A DNA stretch of 64,000 bases from Vicugna vicugna. Lineage: Eukaryota. Below the pieces are notes generated by a model. That model made no database searches. It saw only the letters and a program-made list of their open reading frames with translations, and had not been told where the DNA came from. Below are positions 1-12,869 of this stretch, piece by piece; position 1 is the stretch's first letter, and each line of letters begins with the position of its first letter. The stretch is from assembly GCA_013265495.1 (NCBI GenBank), contig MU057989.1, positions 62,001 through 126,000 of the forward strand, in the 5' to 3' direction. A program made the translations under genes and the position numbers.

Positions 1-179
1 GTAAAGGTGAGACAGGTCTCTCTCCCCACCCCCAAAATGGTTGCTTAGTTAGGGAGATGACAGTGTCAGGTGTTAAATGGCATCATCTGGACTTTCCTAA
101 GAATGGAGAGAGGTGATGAAGGCAAGAGTTATCATTGCAGATGTGTGGTTTGGAAGATGAATTAGTGATTAAGCTGGCC

Positions 180-405
180 TTGGTGTCTTAACTTCAGCAT
201 TGTTTGACATTTGGAACCAGATAATCCTGGGTGAGATTGTCTTGTGCATTGCAGGATTATTTAGCATCTCTGCCACTACCAAAGGTGGCCACCTACTCAC
301 TAGATGCCAGTTGCAGTGCCCCCGATCCCCAGAAGTTAGGACAGTTAAAACTGTCCTCAGACATGACTAGCTTCCTCCCTGGGCAATCTAATCAGTTGAA
401 ATCCA
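180..405. mobile_element. MER20-like hAT MITE
   Basis: tgacatttgg..cagataat..cttgtgcattgcagga..ctagatgccagt..tgtcctcagacat. Confidence 0.7.
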
Positions 406-429
406 AGTCAGGTCGAGAGTTTCCCAGGT

Positions 430-810
430 AGAAGTACACTAGAAAAGTTATAGCGTTCATTTGCTTTGTGCTGAGGTGACAGCAGAAACAAGACAGGAAA
501 AAGTCTTCCTGGGGCTACTGTTCAGTGAGGAAAGCAGCTGGTCAAAACGGGTGGGGTAGTAGTGTAACGTAGAGTGACTGGGGAAGGCATCTCTGAAGAG
601 GTGATATTTGAGTGCCCCTGGATGCCCAGAACAGCCAGTCATTCTGAGTGGCAGGCTAGGGACCACCAAAGGCCCTGAGGCAGGAAAAGAACTTGATGTG
701 GGAACATGGGGAGCACAAGGACAGGTGGAGAGATGTAATGGCATGAACTTGAGATTTTTCTTCAAATTACAATGGGAAGCTATTTAGGGGAGGAATAAGA
801 GGTGTTAAGG
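430..810 (-). mobile_element. L2 LINE fragment
   Basis: gggaaggcatctctgaagaggtgatatttgag..aaaggccctgaggcagga. Confidence 0.6.
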
Positions 811-843
811 GAGCAAGGAGGGGGAGATTTGGGGAGATTGTAG

Positions 844-1095
<252 letters not shown>

Positions 1096-1127
1096 GTGGG
1101 CCGCCGCAGCGCCCCCACTTCTCCCCC

Positions 1128-1133
1128 AATAAA
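1128..1133 (+). terminator. ELOB: ELOB proximal polyadenylation signal
   Basis: AATAAA 33 nt after the stop codon, followed by GT-rich sequence. Confidence 0.85.
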
Positions 1134-1430
1134 AAGATTTGGGTGTCTGCCTGGTTGCTGCCTCTTTCTGCACACCCTCACTGGGGTGGGACCCACTACA
1201 GCCCACTCCTCAGGCTTACCAGGCTGGCCTTCTGGACAAGCTCTCTGGATCCAGCTATCCTATCCTTCAGGCCAGCCTTCAGAGTGGTCCCCTCCCAGCA
1301 TGCTGGTTATCAGCTAGAAAGCCAGCGTCAATTTGGGAGAGGGTTCTGCGGGAATCCATAGCCTAGAGCCACCCCAAGTGGCTCCTCCCTCAATAAACAG
1401 TCTGTAGACCCAGTTCCTGCATTTCTCATT

Positions 1431-1436
1431 TTTATT
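1431..1436 (-). terminator. SRRM2: SRRM2 polyadenylation signal
   Basis: TTTATT on + (AATAAA on -), about 600 nt downstream of the SRRM2 stop. Confidence 0.75.
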
Positions 1437-1793
1437 TGACAGAAAAAGTTGCTCTTGCTGTACAGATTTTAAAAAACCAAAATGCCTTTAAGAAACGTGA
1501 AGAAAAGTTGGGGGGAGGGGGCCACAACCTCACTGGGAGGCTAGGAAAGGCCAACTAATTTCAACTCCTGCCCCTTCCAGGAATACCTCACTCAGGTTCC
1601 CAAGACCCAAACCTTCATTTCCCCCCCAGAAACTTGGGGATAAAAGGGGGGCAGTGTTTCCCAGGCCCTTTCTAACTCAAGAGCTGGGAGTTCCAAGCTG
1701 TATTCTCCCCTCCCACAACTCCCATTCTCCTTCCCACCCACCCCAAACCCCCCAAAAAATGTGAACCAGGAAAAACTCACAGAGTAACATTTC

Positions 1794-1830
1794 NNNNNNN
1801 NNNNNNNNNNNNNNNNNNNNNNNNNNNNNN
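1794..1830. other. Assembly gap (37 N) in the SRRM2 3' UTR, next to an A-rich tract
   Basis: Run of N in the sequence. Confidence 0.99.
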
Positions 1831-2032
1831 NATCAAAAGAAAAAAAAAAAAAAAAAAAAAAACAAAAAAAAGGAAGAGGGAGAGAAAGAAGGGAGTCCTC
1901 CTCACAAGATGCTGCCAGGGTTCAGGGAGGGGGTGGGCAGACAAGGACCCCTCCCACGGCTCTGCTGGGGAGAAAGGGGGCACTCCCTGTGGCTCCAGAA
2001 CTTGGGGTGTGGTGGAATTCCCCCAAAAAGAT

Positions 2033-2042
2033 TCACGGAGAC
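2033..2042 (-). CDS. SRRM2: SRRM2 final coding exon (..SP*)
   Basis: Acceptor tttCAG at 2045-2043, then G TCT CCG TGA, completing ...HRSSRSP*. Confidence 0.9.
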
Positions 2043-2127
2043 CTGAAACAGAAGCGAGTTATCAATGCGGAGGCAAGCCTGGAACTCTAGGAAGGGAGCC
2101 CAACCCTAGAGTGTGACTAAGACAGAC

Positions 2128-2241
2128 CTGGAGGACCGGTGCCGGGCAGATGCACGGGGACTAGGTGTCTCTCTCCTGCGCTTGTGGCCCGGGGAGCGGC
2201 TGTCCCCACGCTGGCCTCTCCGGGAACCCCGCTCGCTGTTG
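2128..2241 (-). CDS. SRRM2: SRRM2 exon 14
   Basis: AG/GT bounded, 114 nt. SNSERGSRRGQRGDSRSPGHKRRRETPSPRASARHRSSR. Confidence 0.9.
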
Positions 2242-2358
2242 CTGCAGTGAACAACAGACATGAGTCCATGTACAGGGCACCACCAACCCCTGGCACATTG
2301 GGCCCTCAAAAATTCGTTAGTCAGTGGTGGCCAGACTGAGACACACTGGCTACCCTAC

Positions 2359-2472
2359 CTCTGCTGGTCTCGTAGCGAGGGCTGGGGTGAGGGGCCGCGG
2401 CGCTCGGCAGGCGAGTAGCTGAGGGACCGGGAGTCCCGAAGAGAGTCTATTGGCTTCCGGGGGCTGCGGGAC
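2359..2472 (-). CDS. SRRM2: SRRM2 exon 13
   Basis: AG/GT bounded, 114 nt. SRSPRKPIDSLRDSRSLSYSPAERRGPSPQPSLRDQQ. Confidence 0.92.
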
Positions 2473-2854
2473 CTAGGAATCAGAGTAGGTCCCCATAGTG
2501 CCGCTCTCTTCCAAACCCACCAGCCAGCACTCAGGACCACCACCCCAGGTCCTGACCACCAAACCTCATACCACACGGGGCCAACCTCAGACCCACCTTC
2601 GTCCGCTCACTCACCCATCCGCCCGCACACCATCCACCGAGTGCCCGAACGGGCGGGGTACGGGGTGCAGCGGGGGGAGGCAAAGATAAAGACAGTCCCT
2701 GCCCTTGGAGGGACTCAGTCTGAAGGCAGGCCAAGGGAGGCTTGCTTGGCCCCGTGTGTGGGAAGCAGCCCCGCAGGACTGATATACATGGGTCAGGGGA
2801 CCCAGGGGAGGGAGACGTGGGGAGGGGATGGGGCGGGGCAGGGCAGGGAAGGGG

Positions 2855-3400
2855 CAGGGTAGTCTTCTTGAAGGTGCTGTTTGAGCGGAGTCTTGCAGAA
2901 CGAGGAGTTCACCAGGCGGACAAGGGAATTCCAGGCAGGAGGAACAGCATGTCCAAAGGCATGGGGTTCTCCTTAGACTGCAAGGCGCTGAGTGTGGCTG
3001 GAGCACAGGGCATGTGTGGGGGGCGGGCAGGAGAGGAGAACACAGGGCAGGCAAGGCCAGTTGGTGAAGAGCCTCACACGCCATTCCCGCAGAGGTGGGG
3101 CTTTATCCTGCAGGCCACAGGGCGTCCCGGAAGGATTTGTGGAGTGAAGGGAGTAACCAGATGTGCGTTTTAGAAAGATCCCTCTGGCTACGTGTGGAAG
3201 AGAATGGCGTGGAGGCAGGGAGACAGGGAAGAGGCTGTGGATAGAGTCCGGAGAAGATGATGGTGGCCAGACCAGAGAGGCCTGGCTGTAGCAACAGGGA
3301 GACTTAAAAGCTAGAATCCCTGGAACCTGGGAGCATGTTAGGGGTAGGGAGAGGAAGAAACCTATGACTCCCAATTCTGGCCTGAGCACTCACTTGGATG
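2855..3400 (-). mobile_element. L2 LINE fragment in an SRRM2 intron
   Basis: attccaggcagg..aacagcatgtccaaaggc..ttttagaaagatccctctggct. Confidence 0.65.
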
Positions 3401-3564
3401 GTACAGCCCTCTGCCAGAACAGGGCACAATGGAGTAGCAGGGAGAGAAGAGCCCAACTTCTCCCATACAACCAGACATCACAGTCCACGTAAGACAGCCC
3501 AACAGGGATCTCACACCCCAGGGTCACATCCCACCCCTTCCATCTCAAACAAGGCAGCACTCAC

Positions 3565-3675
3565 CTCCTCTCACCAGGGGGTGGCTTCTTGGGGCTTGCA
3601 GGTTTGGGCAAGGCCTGAGGACCAGGCTTAGCAGGGGAAGGGGAAGAAGAAGTAGAGGAGGAAGAGGAGGAAGAA

Positions 3676-3722
<47 letters not shown>

Positions 3723-3849
3723 TGATGATGAAGAGGAGGAGGAACTGGAACTGGAGCTGCTAGAACGCCTCTTCCGCTTGGCTGGAGTTGGCTCCTGAGG
3801 ACGTCCTTCTCGAACAGCCTCCTTTGGGGCTGGGGCGGGGCTAGGGACC
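3565..3849 (-). CDS. SRRM2: SRRM2 exon 12 (poly-Ser tract)
   Basis: AG/GT bounded, 285 nt. VPSPAPAPKEAVREGRPQEPTPAKRKRR(S)n...PKKPPPGERR. Confidence 0.92.
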
Positions 3850-4591
3850 CTGTGGGAGAAGAGTGTGTCACAAGGAGATAAGCTGCCCCAGCCCCAACCC
3901 TACCTTCCTTGGCCTGGAGGAACGGCAGTGGGGGAGGGGTGCCTGAGAAAGGCCCTGGGACTCTCCAAGCCGGGAGCTGGTGAGCGCATTGCATTCTCTG
4001 GAGAGCAGTGGCCCCAGCTGACCCAACCTCTGCTAACACAAGCAACAGGCTGGGGCCCGCAGCAAAAGGGATCAAGGTTAAACCTCAAGAATGTCCCTGA
4101 TGGAGGAATAAGGCCCCTGGGCTCAGGTGTGGAAGCCGAGCTGGGTGGTCTCCTTCCTCGGAGAGGAGAGCCGCAGCTTGGGGAGGCCTCTGTGCATGAA
4201 GGTTGGCTGGGGGTGGGGCCGTCCTGCCTGGAGGCAGGGAGAGGGATAGGATGACCTCTGAAGATCCTTCCAGCCCAGGGAGTTCCTCTTGAGGTCTAAC
4301 TGCCATCCCTCCTGCTGTAAAATTAAGTCCATTTCCTCTAGTTCTGTCCTCTGTAGAGACGGAAAACTTATCATTATCCTCTAGAGAATTAACCTTTTGA
4401 GACTTTTATCTGTCCCACTCCTCCCCCCACCACTGCCCCCACCCAGCATTCTCTTCTAACCCCAACTTAAGGGTCAGGATCCCCATACCTCCTCAAAGAG
4501 CCAAGGACCTCTGGATAGGGCTTCTCCCTCCCCACCCCCACCAACCATCCCCTAAACCTTCCCCGTAGACAAATTCTAAAAGTCCCCTCAC

Positions 4592-7500
4592 CTCTTCAGT
4601 GCTACCTCAGGTTGAGTGGGAAGGCTAGAGCCCTCCGAGTCGCTAGAACTGGACCCAGAGGAAGAGGAGGATGACGATGACGATGACGATGACGAAGAGG
4701 AGGAGCTAGAGGAGGAGGACGATGACGAACTCCGCCGCTCCTTTGCTGGCTGCAGGGCAGCCACTGCAGAAGGCTGCTGGGCCCCCGTAGAGGCAGGTGG
4801 TTGCCCACCCTCTGGGTGGGACACCCCAGGGACAGGGCCAGAGAGCATGCCATTGTGGTCACCAGCAGAGGAGGTGGTTTTTGCCACCGTCCCGGAGGAA
4901 AGAGACTGAGACCCGGCTACAGGGGTGGTCTGGGCAAGCAAAGATCGGGATTGGTCAGAAAAAGCAGATGGCACAGGGGACCTAGGCCGATCCTGAGCTG
5001 GAGGAAGAACAGACTGTGAAGCCTGGGCCATTCTAGAAGCAGGGGAGGGAGCCCGCTCAGATGTCATCCTAGACTGGCTTGGGGCAGATGGTGGGGTTCT
5101 GGAGCCTGGGCCTCCTGGTGGGGTTCTAGACCTGGCTCGGTCCAGGAGCGGTGGTGAGGTTCTGCCACTAATGCGCTCATAGGCAGAGAGAGGCACCCTG
5201 GGGCTGGTGAGGTTTGCACCAGACAAGGCTGGAGCCATTCTAGCACTACTGAGGTTTGCAGGGGCCAATGCTGGAGGCGTTCTGGAGCTGGCAATATTCA
5301 CAGGTGCTGTGGCATGTGCAGATCTAGGACCCACCAGGTTTGCAGGGGCCGGAGCCTGGGGTGTTCTGGAGCTGGACGGATAATTTGCAGCTGTCGGGGG
5401 TGTGCCAGAGCCCGTGAGACTCAAAGCTGCCAAAGCAGCCGGGGTTCTGGCTCCTGCTAGGTTCACAGCTGGGGCTGTTGGGGTACGGGGGTCAGCGAGG
5501 TTGACAGCCGAAGGTGCCACTGCTGTTCTGGGGCTGGCCAAGTTCATGGCTGCTGCTGCAGCTGGTGTTCTTGAGTCAGCCAGGTTCACTGCTGCTGGGA
5601 TGGCAGGTGTTCTGGCACTGGCCAGGTTCATGGCTGCTGCAGAGGCTGCAGGAATCCTGCTGGCAAGGCTGGCAGCTGGGGCTGTTCTGAGACTCATGAG
5701 AGGCACTGGAGCTGGAACCTGGGACATTCTTGCAGCAAGGCCAGCTGCAGACATGGACGGAGGAGGCCGAGCAGTGCCAAGACTGATGGCCGTCAGGGCA
5801 AGTGCAATTCTAGACTGAGCATGGTTTTCTGGCACAGACGTTCTTGGGTGATCAGGAATGCGAGGACCTGGACCATCCATCATGGAACCACCAGCTTGCT
5901 GGAGGACAGACATGGGTGTTCTAGAGTTGCCAAGGGGTTCGAGCATTCCAGGTGATCTACAGCGGTCGAGAGGAGTTGGTGACATGCTAGGACGACTGAA
6001 GCAGCTCATTCTGGAGCTATTGAGTGCTACCGGGGGCGTTCGAGAACCAGAATGATTTCTTGTTGCTGGAGGAGTAGCAGAACGTGAGCGATCAGAACTA
6101 CTTCCAGATGCAGAACGCCTGCGGATAGCTGGAGGAGATCTTGTTAAGGACCGTTTGCCCCGAGTTGTTCGCGGAGTACGGGATCTAGAACGGCGGCGAA
6201 TAGCAAGCGGAGAGCGACTCCGTGAACGCTTGCGTGGCAACAGTGGGGTTCGAGACCTAGAGCGGCGCCGAATAGCTGGAGGTGTTCGGGACCTAGATCG
6301 GCGGCGTGTCACTGGAGAGGTTCGAGAGCGGGATCGCCTTCGAGTTACTGGAGATGTGCGAGATCTTGATCTCCTGCGGGTAACTGGGGACGTTCTAGAT
6401 CTCGATCTTCTGCGAGTGATAGGAGAGGTTCTGCTTCGAGATCGCCTCCTGGTTACTGGTGGAGTCCTAGATCTGGACCTTCTCCGAGTCACTGGTGGAG
6501 TTCTAGAACGGGAGCGCCGGCGAGTTGGTGTTCTGGACCTTGAACGACGGCGGGTTACTGGTGGTGTTCTGGACCTGGATCGCCTTCGACTCACTGGGGA
6601 AGCTCTTGATCGAGATCTTCTTCTTGTCACTGATGTCCTGGACCTCGATCGTCTCCGACTGACTGGTGAAGTCCGAGACCTGGACCTACGTCGGCTGACC
6701 AGAGGTGTTCTGGACCTTGATCGCCGGTGAGTGGCTGGAGAGGCCCGAGACCTGGAGCGTTTCCACGGGGCTGGTGATGTGCGTGAGCGGGACCGCTTCC
6801 GACTGGTTGGGGGTGTCCGAGAGCGGCCTCTTCGACGTCGAGAGGAGGTTCGGGAACTCTCCTGCCGGGCAGGAGACCTTGAATGATAACCAGAGCCTCC
6901 CCTACGACGCCGAGTTACCCGAGACCTTGACCGACTCCGCTGTCTTCTCCGAGAGGTTGACTGAGAAGATCCGGACCTATCTCGACGTCGGGTTGTTCTG
7001 GTTTTCTCCCTCCTTGAGCGGGAACGGGACCTCTGGAGCCCTCGAGGCTTTGGTGAAGGAGAACGGCCTCTCCTTGAAGTTGTCTTTGTGCGTGGAGATG
7101 AAGCTGAACGGCGCCGGCGTGAGGATCTCGACTTTTCAGCTGGCTCTGGGGAAGAAACTGAAGGACTCCTTCGGCGTCTTGGGGGAGTTCTAGAGCGAGT
7201 CTCTGGTGAGGACGATGCAGAGCGGCTTCTACGGGAGAGTCTGGTCTTCCTAGTCAGCTCAGGAGATGATCGAGAGCTGCGACGGCGAGGTGGAGTGCGA
7301 GACTTGGTCTTGGGCTCTGGTGACAACCTAGAGCTTCTTCTAGCAGTTCTGGATTTGGGAGGGTGTTCTGGAGAGGACTCAGAACTGCTGCTTCCTTCAG
7401 GAGAAGGGCCTCTGCCTTTGCTTGATGAACCAGATCTGCTTCGTCTAGGAAGGACCCGAGGGGCAGGAACCTTGTGTTCAGGAGAGGAATCAGAACCACT

Positions 7501-10500
7501 CTGCGCTCTGGGTGCTGCTCTTGGCTTATCTTTAACTTCAGGGGATGAGCCAGACCTACTACGCCGAGGAGAAGGCCGGGATTTGCTGTCAACTTCTGGA
7601 GATGATACCGAGCGACTCCTCTGTCTAAGTGGCACTCGTGTCTTAGCTTTAGAATCCGGGGAAGAGTCTGATTCACTTCCCTCCTGAGGGGATGCACTGG
7701 GTTTCCCATCAAGTTCTTGAGAAGATCCAGACAGACGTCTCTGCCCAAGAGGAGTCCTAACCACAGTCTTTTGTTCAACTGATGATTCTGAACCACTTCT
7801 TTCTCTCTGGGGGGTAAGACACTTGTTGTTGAGTTCTGGGGATGATGGAGAACGACTCCTTGGCCTAGGAGTCTGAGGCAAAGCCTTTGGTTCTGGAGAG
7901 GAATCACATTCACTTCTTCCCCTGGATGGTGTTCTAGGTATATCTTTCATTCCAGGAGAGGACCCAGATAAGCTGTGCCTTGATGGAGTCCCAGACCCAT
8001 CTCTAAGGCCTGGGGAAGACCCAGACCTGCTTCTCCTTGAGGGGGTTCTGGGTAAACCATCTTTCAGTTCAGGAGAAGATGCAGAAGTACTTCTTTCCCT
8101 TGAGGGTGTTCTGGGTATAGCATCAAGCACTGGCGACGAAACACTCTGATTTGAAGACATTCCTGCTTTTTCCACTGCATCTGGGGATAACTCAGAACTG
8201 CTGTGTCTGGAGGACCTTGTTGATTGTTCTTTCATGTCTAGAGATGGTTCTGTCTCTAGCTGATTAGGAAAAGGTCCATGCAAATCTTCTTTAACCTCAG
8301 GAGAAAATCCAGTATTCATTTCTGCAACAGGACCTGAGTTTCTAAATTCTAAAGGTGATCCAAAGCTATTCTCCCTGGGAGGGGAGTTAGACAGTTCTTT
8401 ACGTTCTGGAGAAAAATGTGGCCCACTCCAAGTTGAAGCCACTGCAGGGACTTCTTCCAAAGCCACCTGCGACTGGCTTTGGTCAAGAGTCAAAGACACA
8501 GCAGGCCTCTCTTCTATTTCAGGAGATGATTCAAAGTTACTTCTAGCCATTTCTTTAAGTTCTGGAGACAAATGGGGCAGGACCTGATTTGATGATTCTT
8601 CAGATTTCTCTACCACCTCCATTAATTCCTCATCTTGGCTTGGCTTAGCTAAAGCACTACTTTGGTCTCTTGTATCTGGAGATGACCCAACACCACCACT
8701 TTCCCTTGATGGTGTTCTAGGGGTGTCTTTGAGTACTGGTGAGGACTCAGGCCTATCCTGCACCAAAGGAGGACTCAATTTGTCTTTTGGTCTTGGAGAT
8801 GATGCAGTAACATCTTCCTGAAGGAGTAAGCCAGCATTCTCTTTAGATTCAGAAGGCTCCAATCTACTCTGCCCCAGAAGAGACTTAGAGTCCATTGCAG
8901 GATATGGGGAAGAGTCAGACTGAGACCTACTCTGCTCAGGAGACATTCTGGATTTCAGCCTAGGACTTGCTGACAATTCACTTCTATCTTGTCTTGTTGG
9001 AGATCTGGGTGCCAGCTCAGTGATTGGAGATGAGGACCTGGACTGGCCACCCTTAGGAGGTGTCTGAGATTTGCTCTGCAGAGATGGAGATTCAGAATGA
9101 CTCTGTCTCATTTCTGGACTTGAAATACCCAATCTAGGGTCCGGTGAAGTTGAAGATTGTCCTTTCTGTTGCAGAGATGAGGAACTGAAATAGCTCTCTC
9201 CAGGTGGTGTGCTAGACTTTACTCCTGGACAGAGAGAGAAGGATCCAGAGCAACTTTGTGCTGGTGAATCTTCAGACTTCTCTTGGGAACACAATGACTT
9301 TGACCCAGGAAGGTTATGCCCTGGTGGAGTCTGGGGCTTCACTTTGGGGCATGGAGAAGTAGACCCTGAGTGACTCTGTCTTAGTGGTGTTCCAGGTTTC
9401 ACTTTGGTATCTGGAGAGGAGGATCTAGAATGGCTGTGTCTTTGCAACAATCTAGATTCCACCTTGGAGCAGGGAGACTCTGATCTGCTTTGCCTTGGAG
9501 GTGTTTTAGATGTTACTCTACTAGGACTTGGTGAAGAGGAGCCAGACTGGCTTTGGATTGGTGATGTTTTCGCCTTCACTTTGGGTTGTGGAGATGACGA
9601 TCCAGATCTGCTCCTTCTTAGAGGTGTGCTAGATTTCACTCTAGGAGACGACCCAGAGCAGCTATGTCTCAAAGGGGTCCTAGACTTCACCTCAGGGTCA
9701 GGCGATGATTCAGAACGGCTCCGTCCTTGTGGTGTTGAAGATTGTTCATTTGCCTGAGGACTTGTTACAGACCCTTGCTGTGGGGGCGTTCCAGATTTCA
9801 CTTTAGGTTGAGGAGATGAACTGGAATGACTTTGTCTTGATGGTGTTTTAGATTTCTGATTAGGAGGAGGAGAAGAACCAGAGCGACTTCGCCTTAGTGG
9901 TGTTCTAGATTCAGCTTTAGGCTGGGATGACCCAGAGCGACTGCGCCTTGGTGTCTGAGACTTTTGTTTAGGGCGTGGAGAGGACCCTGAAAGACTTCGC
10001 CTCAAAGACAAGCGGGATTTTGCTTTGGACCTTGGTGAAGAGAGAGACCTGCTCCGCCTCGAAGAAACTCGAGATTTTTTCATTTCTGGGCTTGAGTTGG
10101 ACCTGCTCCTCTGTGACGTTCTAGATTTGTTCTTCCTTTCTGATGATGAACCAGACCTGCCTCTTCTTTGTGGTGTTCTAGAATGGGATCTTCCCCGTCT
10201 AACTAGACTTCTACTACGGGATCGCCCTCGTCTTGCTGGTGTCCTAGATCGAGATCTCCCTCTCCTGGCTGGGGTTCTAGACGGTGACCGACCACTTCGT
10301 CTGGCCGGGGTTCTAGACCGTGACCTGCCACGTCTGGCTGGGGTTCTAGACCGAGACCTGCCACGTCTGGCTGGGGTTCTAGATCGAGACCTGCCACTTC
10401 TCCTGGCTGGTGATCTACTACGAGACCTCCGTCGTACTGGTGATCGGGTCCTAGATCTGCGCCTAGCAGGTGTCCTTGACCGAGACCTGCCCCTCCGGGT

Positions 10501-11292
10501 TGGTGTTCTAGACCGAGACCTGCGCCTAGTGGGTGTTCTAGATCGTGATCTCCGTCTGGCGGGTGTCCTAGACCGAGACCTGCCCCTCCGCGCTGGTGTT
10601 CTAGACCGAGATCTACCCCTAGTGGCAGGGGATCTAGAGTGTGACCTCCCTCGCCTTGCTGATCTAGACCTGCCTCTTCTCTGGGTATTTCTGCTCCTGG
10701 ACCAGGCTGGTCGCTGAGGAGACCTAGAGCGGCCACGTCGCTGAGGACTTCTAGATCGTCCCCACCTCTGTGCAGACCGGGACCTACGCCACTGAGGGGA
10801 CCGGGACCGAGAATGACCTCTCTTAGTAGGGGTTCGAGACCTAGATCTCCCCCTCTTAGTGGTGGTGGGGCTACGGGACCTTCCCACCCTACGAGAAGGA
10901 GTATGAGAATGTGACTTTTCCCGTTTTGTTCGGCCATGTGAGCGACTCTTGGATGCAGGAGAAGAAGAAATCTCTCGGCGGGACCCTGGAGCTGGTGTGG
11001 GTTTAGGGCTTTCAGGGGAAGAGCTGGCATGCCGAGAAACTTTGGTAGGTTGAGGGGATGGTGGGCAGCTCTCTGAAGAAGACTGGGGAAGTTTCTCAGG
11101 AGACTTAGGTGGTGAATGTCCCTGAATTGGGGAAGCCTCAGATGGGGGGTTCACTGGCTCCTGACTTAAGGGGATTGCTGCATGGGGTTGTGGGGAGCCA
11201 CCATGTTGCTCAGCAAGGAGCGGAGTGGGAACAGATGGTTCTGGCCCTGTGCTGCTCCTTTCCGGAGAGGGACTAGGTCGAACTGCAGATTT
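4592..11292 (-). CDS. SRRM2: SRRM2 exon 11, a 6701-nt exon encoding the RS/SP-rich disordered region
   Basis: Acceptor TAG at 11295-11293 and donor GTGAG at 4591. In frame with the 2188-aa ORF 4588..11154, which carries RSRSRTP repeats typical of SRm300. Confidence 0.97.
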
Positions 11293-12376
11293 CTAAGAGT
11301 GGAAAAGAGAGTAGGGATAGGGACATGTAAGCACCAAAACTTCCTCACCCCTGTAAAATCCCAGCACCCTTTTCAATGAAACTTTTCCTCCACACATCCC
11401 ATCATACTAACTGATCCTTTTCCTCACCACAGGCAGTCATTTTCATTCAATAACAAGAGATCACAGAGCACAAAGAAGAAACATTTGAAGATTCGGATCT
11501 GAAGAATTTTACAGACTAAAGAAAAACATAATGTGCTACATTTCACAAGATAACCATATAATGCTGAGTGCAGAAAAAAGGTTATTTTAGAATTTTAAAA
11601 TGAAGACAAAGTAATTTCCCCAAATGGCTGACTTCACTTTTAAAAAACAACTACTTAAGTAAAAAAATAAAGACAAAGACTTGAAAACATGATTTATGTG
11701 ACTCTAAAAACGAAGATGACGTACAGGAAAATATAAAAAAAGAAAACAACTCACAAAAGCCTTAAACATAAGTCAAGAATAGTAAGAAGCAAATTAAGTT
11801 TCTCAGGTGATTCAATTTATAGTTTGGAAAAGCAACTCTGGATAACGTGGGAAACAGACAGGAGAGCTACAAGTTTAGCAAAGAACAATTAAAAATATAC
11901 TGTTATAGTTGAGGGAAGAAAACACGATTAGGGCTTAAATTAGAATAACAAGTATAAAAGAACAGGTACTGAAACGACCTTTCTAAAGTAGTATTTTCAG
12001 ACTGTAAGCAGCAACGGTTGAGTTGAAAAATTTTAATGAGACACAACCAGCACTTAATGAAACAGATACTAGAGACATGGTAAGTAGTAAAGTTGAATGC
12101 AGTTTATAAGAATTTTTTTGTTCAAGTTCTACCTAGGTACACATATAAACAGAATACTGATGTAAAACCTATTATATCAAATTAAATTTGAAAGCCACAA
12201 TTCTGAAAGATTTGCAGATGCAAAAAAGAACTTTATGAATAAGTAAGAGAAGAATGCAGAAAACAAAACTGATTTCATTTCTCTTAATCAGCTCTTCCTT
12301 CTTTCCTTCACTTCGAACACCTATCCTAAGTCCACACCCTGCAACCTAATGAACAACCATCAACTGGGGAACATAC

Positions 12377-12572
12377 CTCCTTCTTGTCTTTATCTTTGTC
12401 TTCATAAGGGCTGCTAGGCTTTGTAAAAGGCTCTGGGCTACTAGGCTGTCCTGTGTTGGTGGTACCTGGTTCCCTGGAAGGTGCATCTCCCTCCCCTCGA
12501 CGCCCAGAAGCAGGGGAAGGACTTCGCCCAGTCAAGGTAGCTGTATGAGTTTTAGCTGCAGCACTTCGAGAC
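12377..12572 (-). CDS. SRRM2: SRRM2 exon 10
   Basis: 196 nt, phase 2 to 0. SRSAAAKTHTATLTGRSPSPASGRRGEGDAP...DKDKKE. Confidence 0.92.
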
Positions 12573-12869
12573 CTGAGGGAGGTAATTGAGGATGGGAGGA
12601 GAGAAAAGAAATCAGTTCAGGGGAGCACAGGAAAACCCCCTCCCCAGCTCCCTTCCACCTTTCCTGACTACAACCCTTTTCCAAAAAGCCTTCTCTCATT
12701 CACAAGATTCAAATCACTCACATCGAAATTTAAGTCCAGTTCACTTTGCTCCTTCTCTTCTCAACAATTCCCCCAAATGTTCTCCCTCTACCCCTTTATC
12801 TTCACCTCCCCCAAACCTCCCCAAACCCTCCACCCAGTCCATTCCCTACCCACTTCATTTACAACTCAC

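Noticed and set aside
6155..6730. Long antisense ORFs with LDLDR repeats (also 7088-7687, 9404-9757, 10025-10717)
   Set aside because: They are reverse-complement shadows of the repetitive SRRM2 RS codons, with no independent start, splice or promoter support.
10200..10640. Regular 27-30 bp repeats resembling a CRISPR array or satellite
   Set aside because: These are coding repeats (RRGRSRSRTPA) of SRRM2 in a mammalian genome, with no unique spacers and no cas genes.
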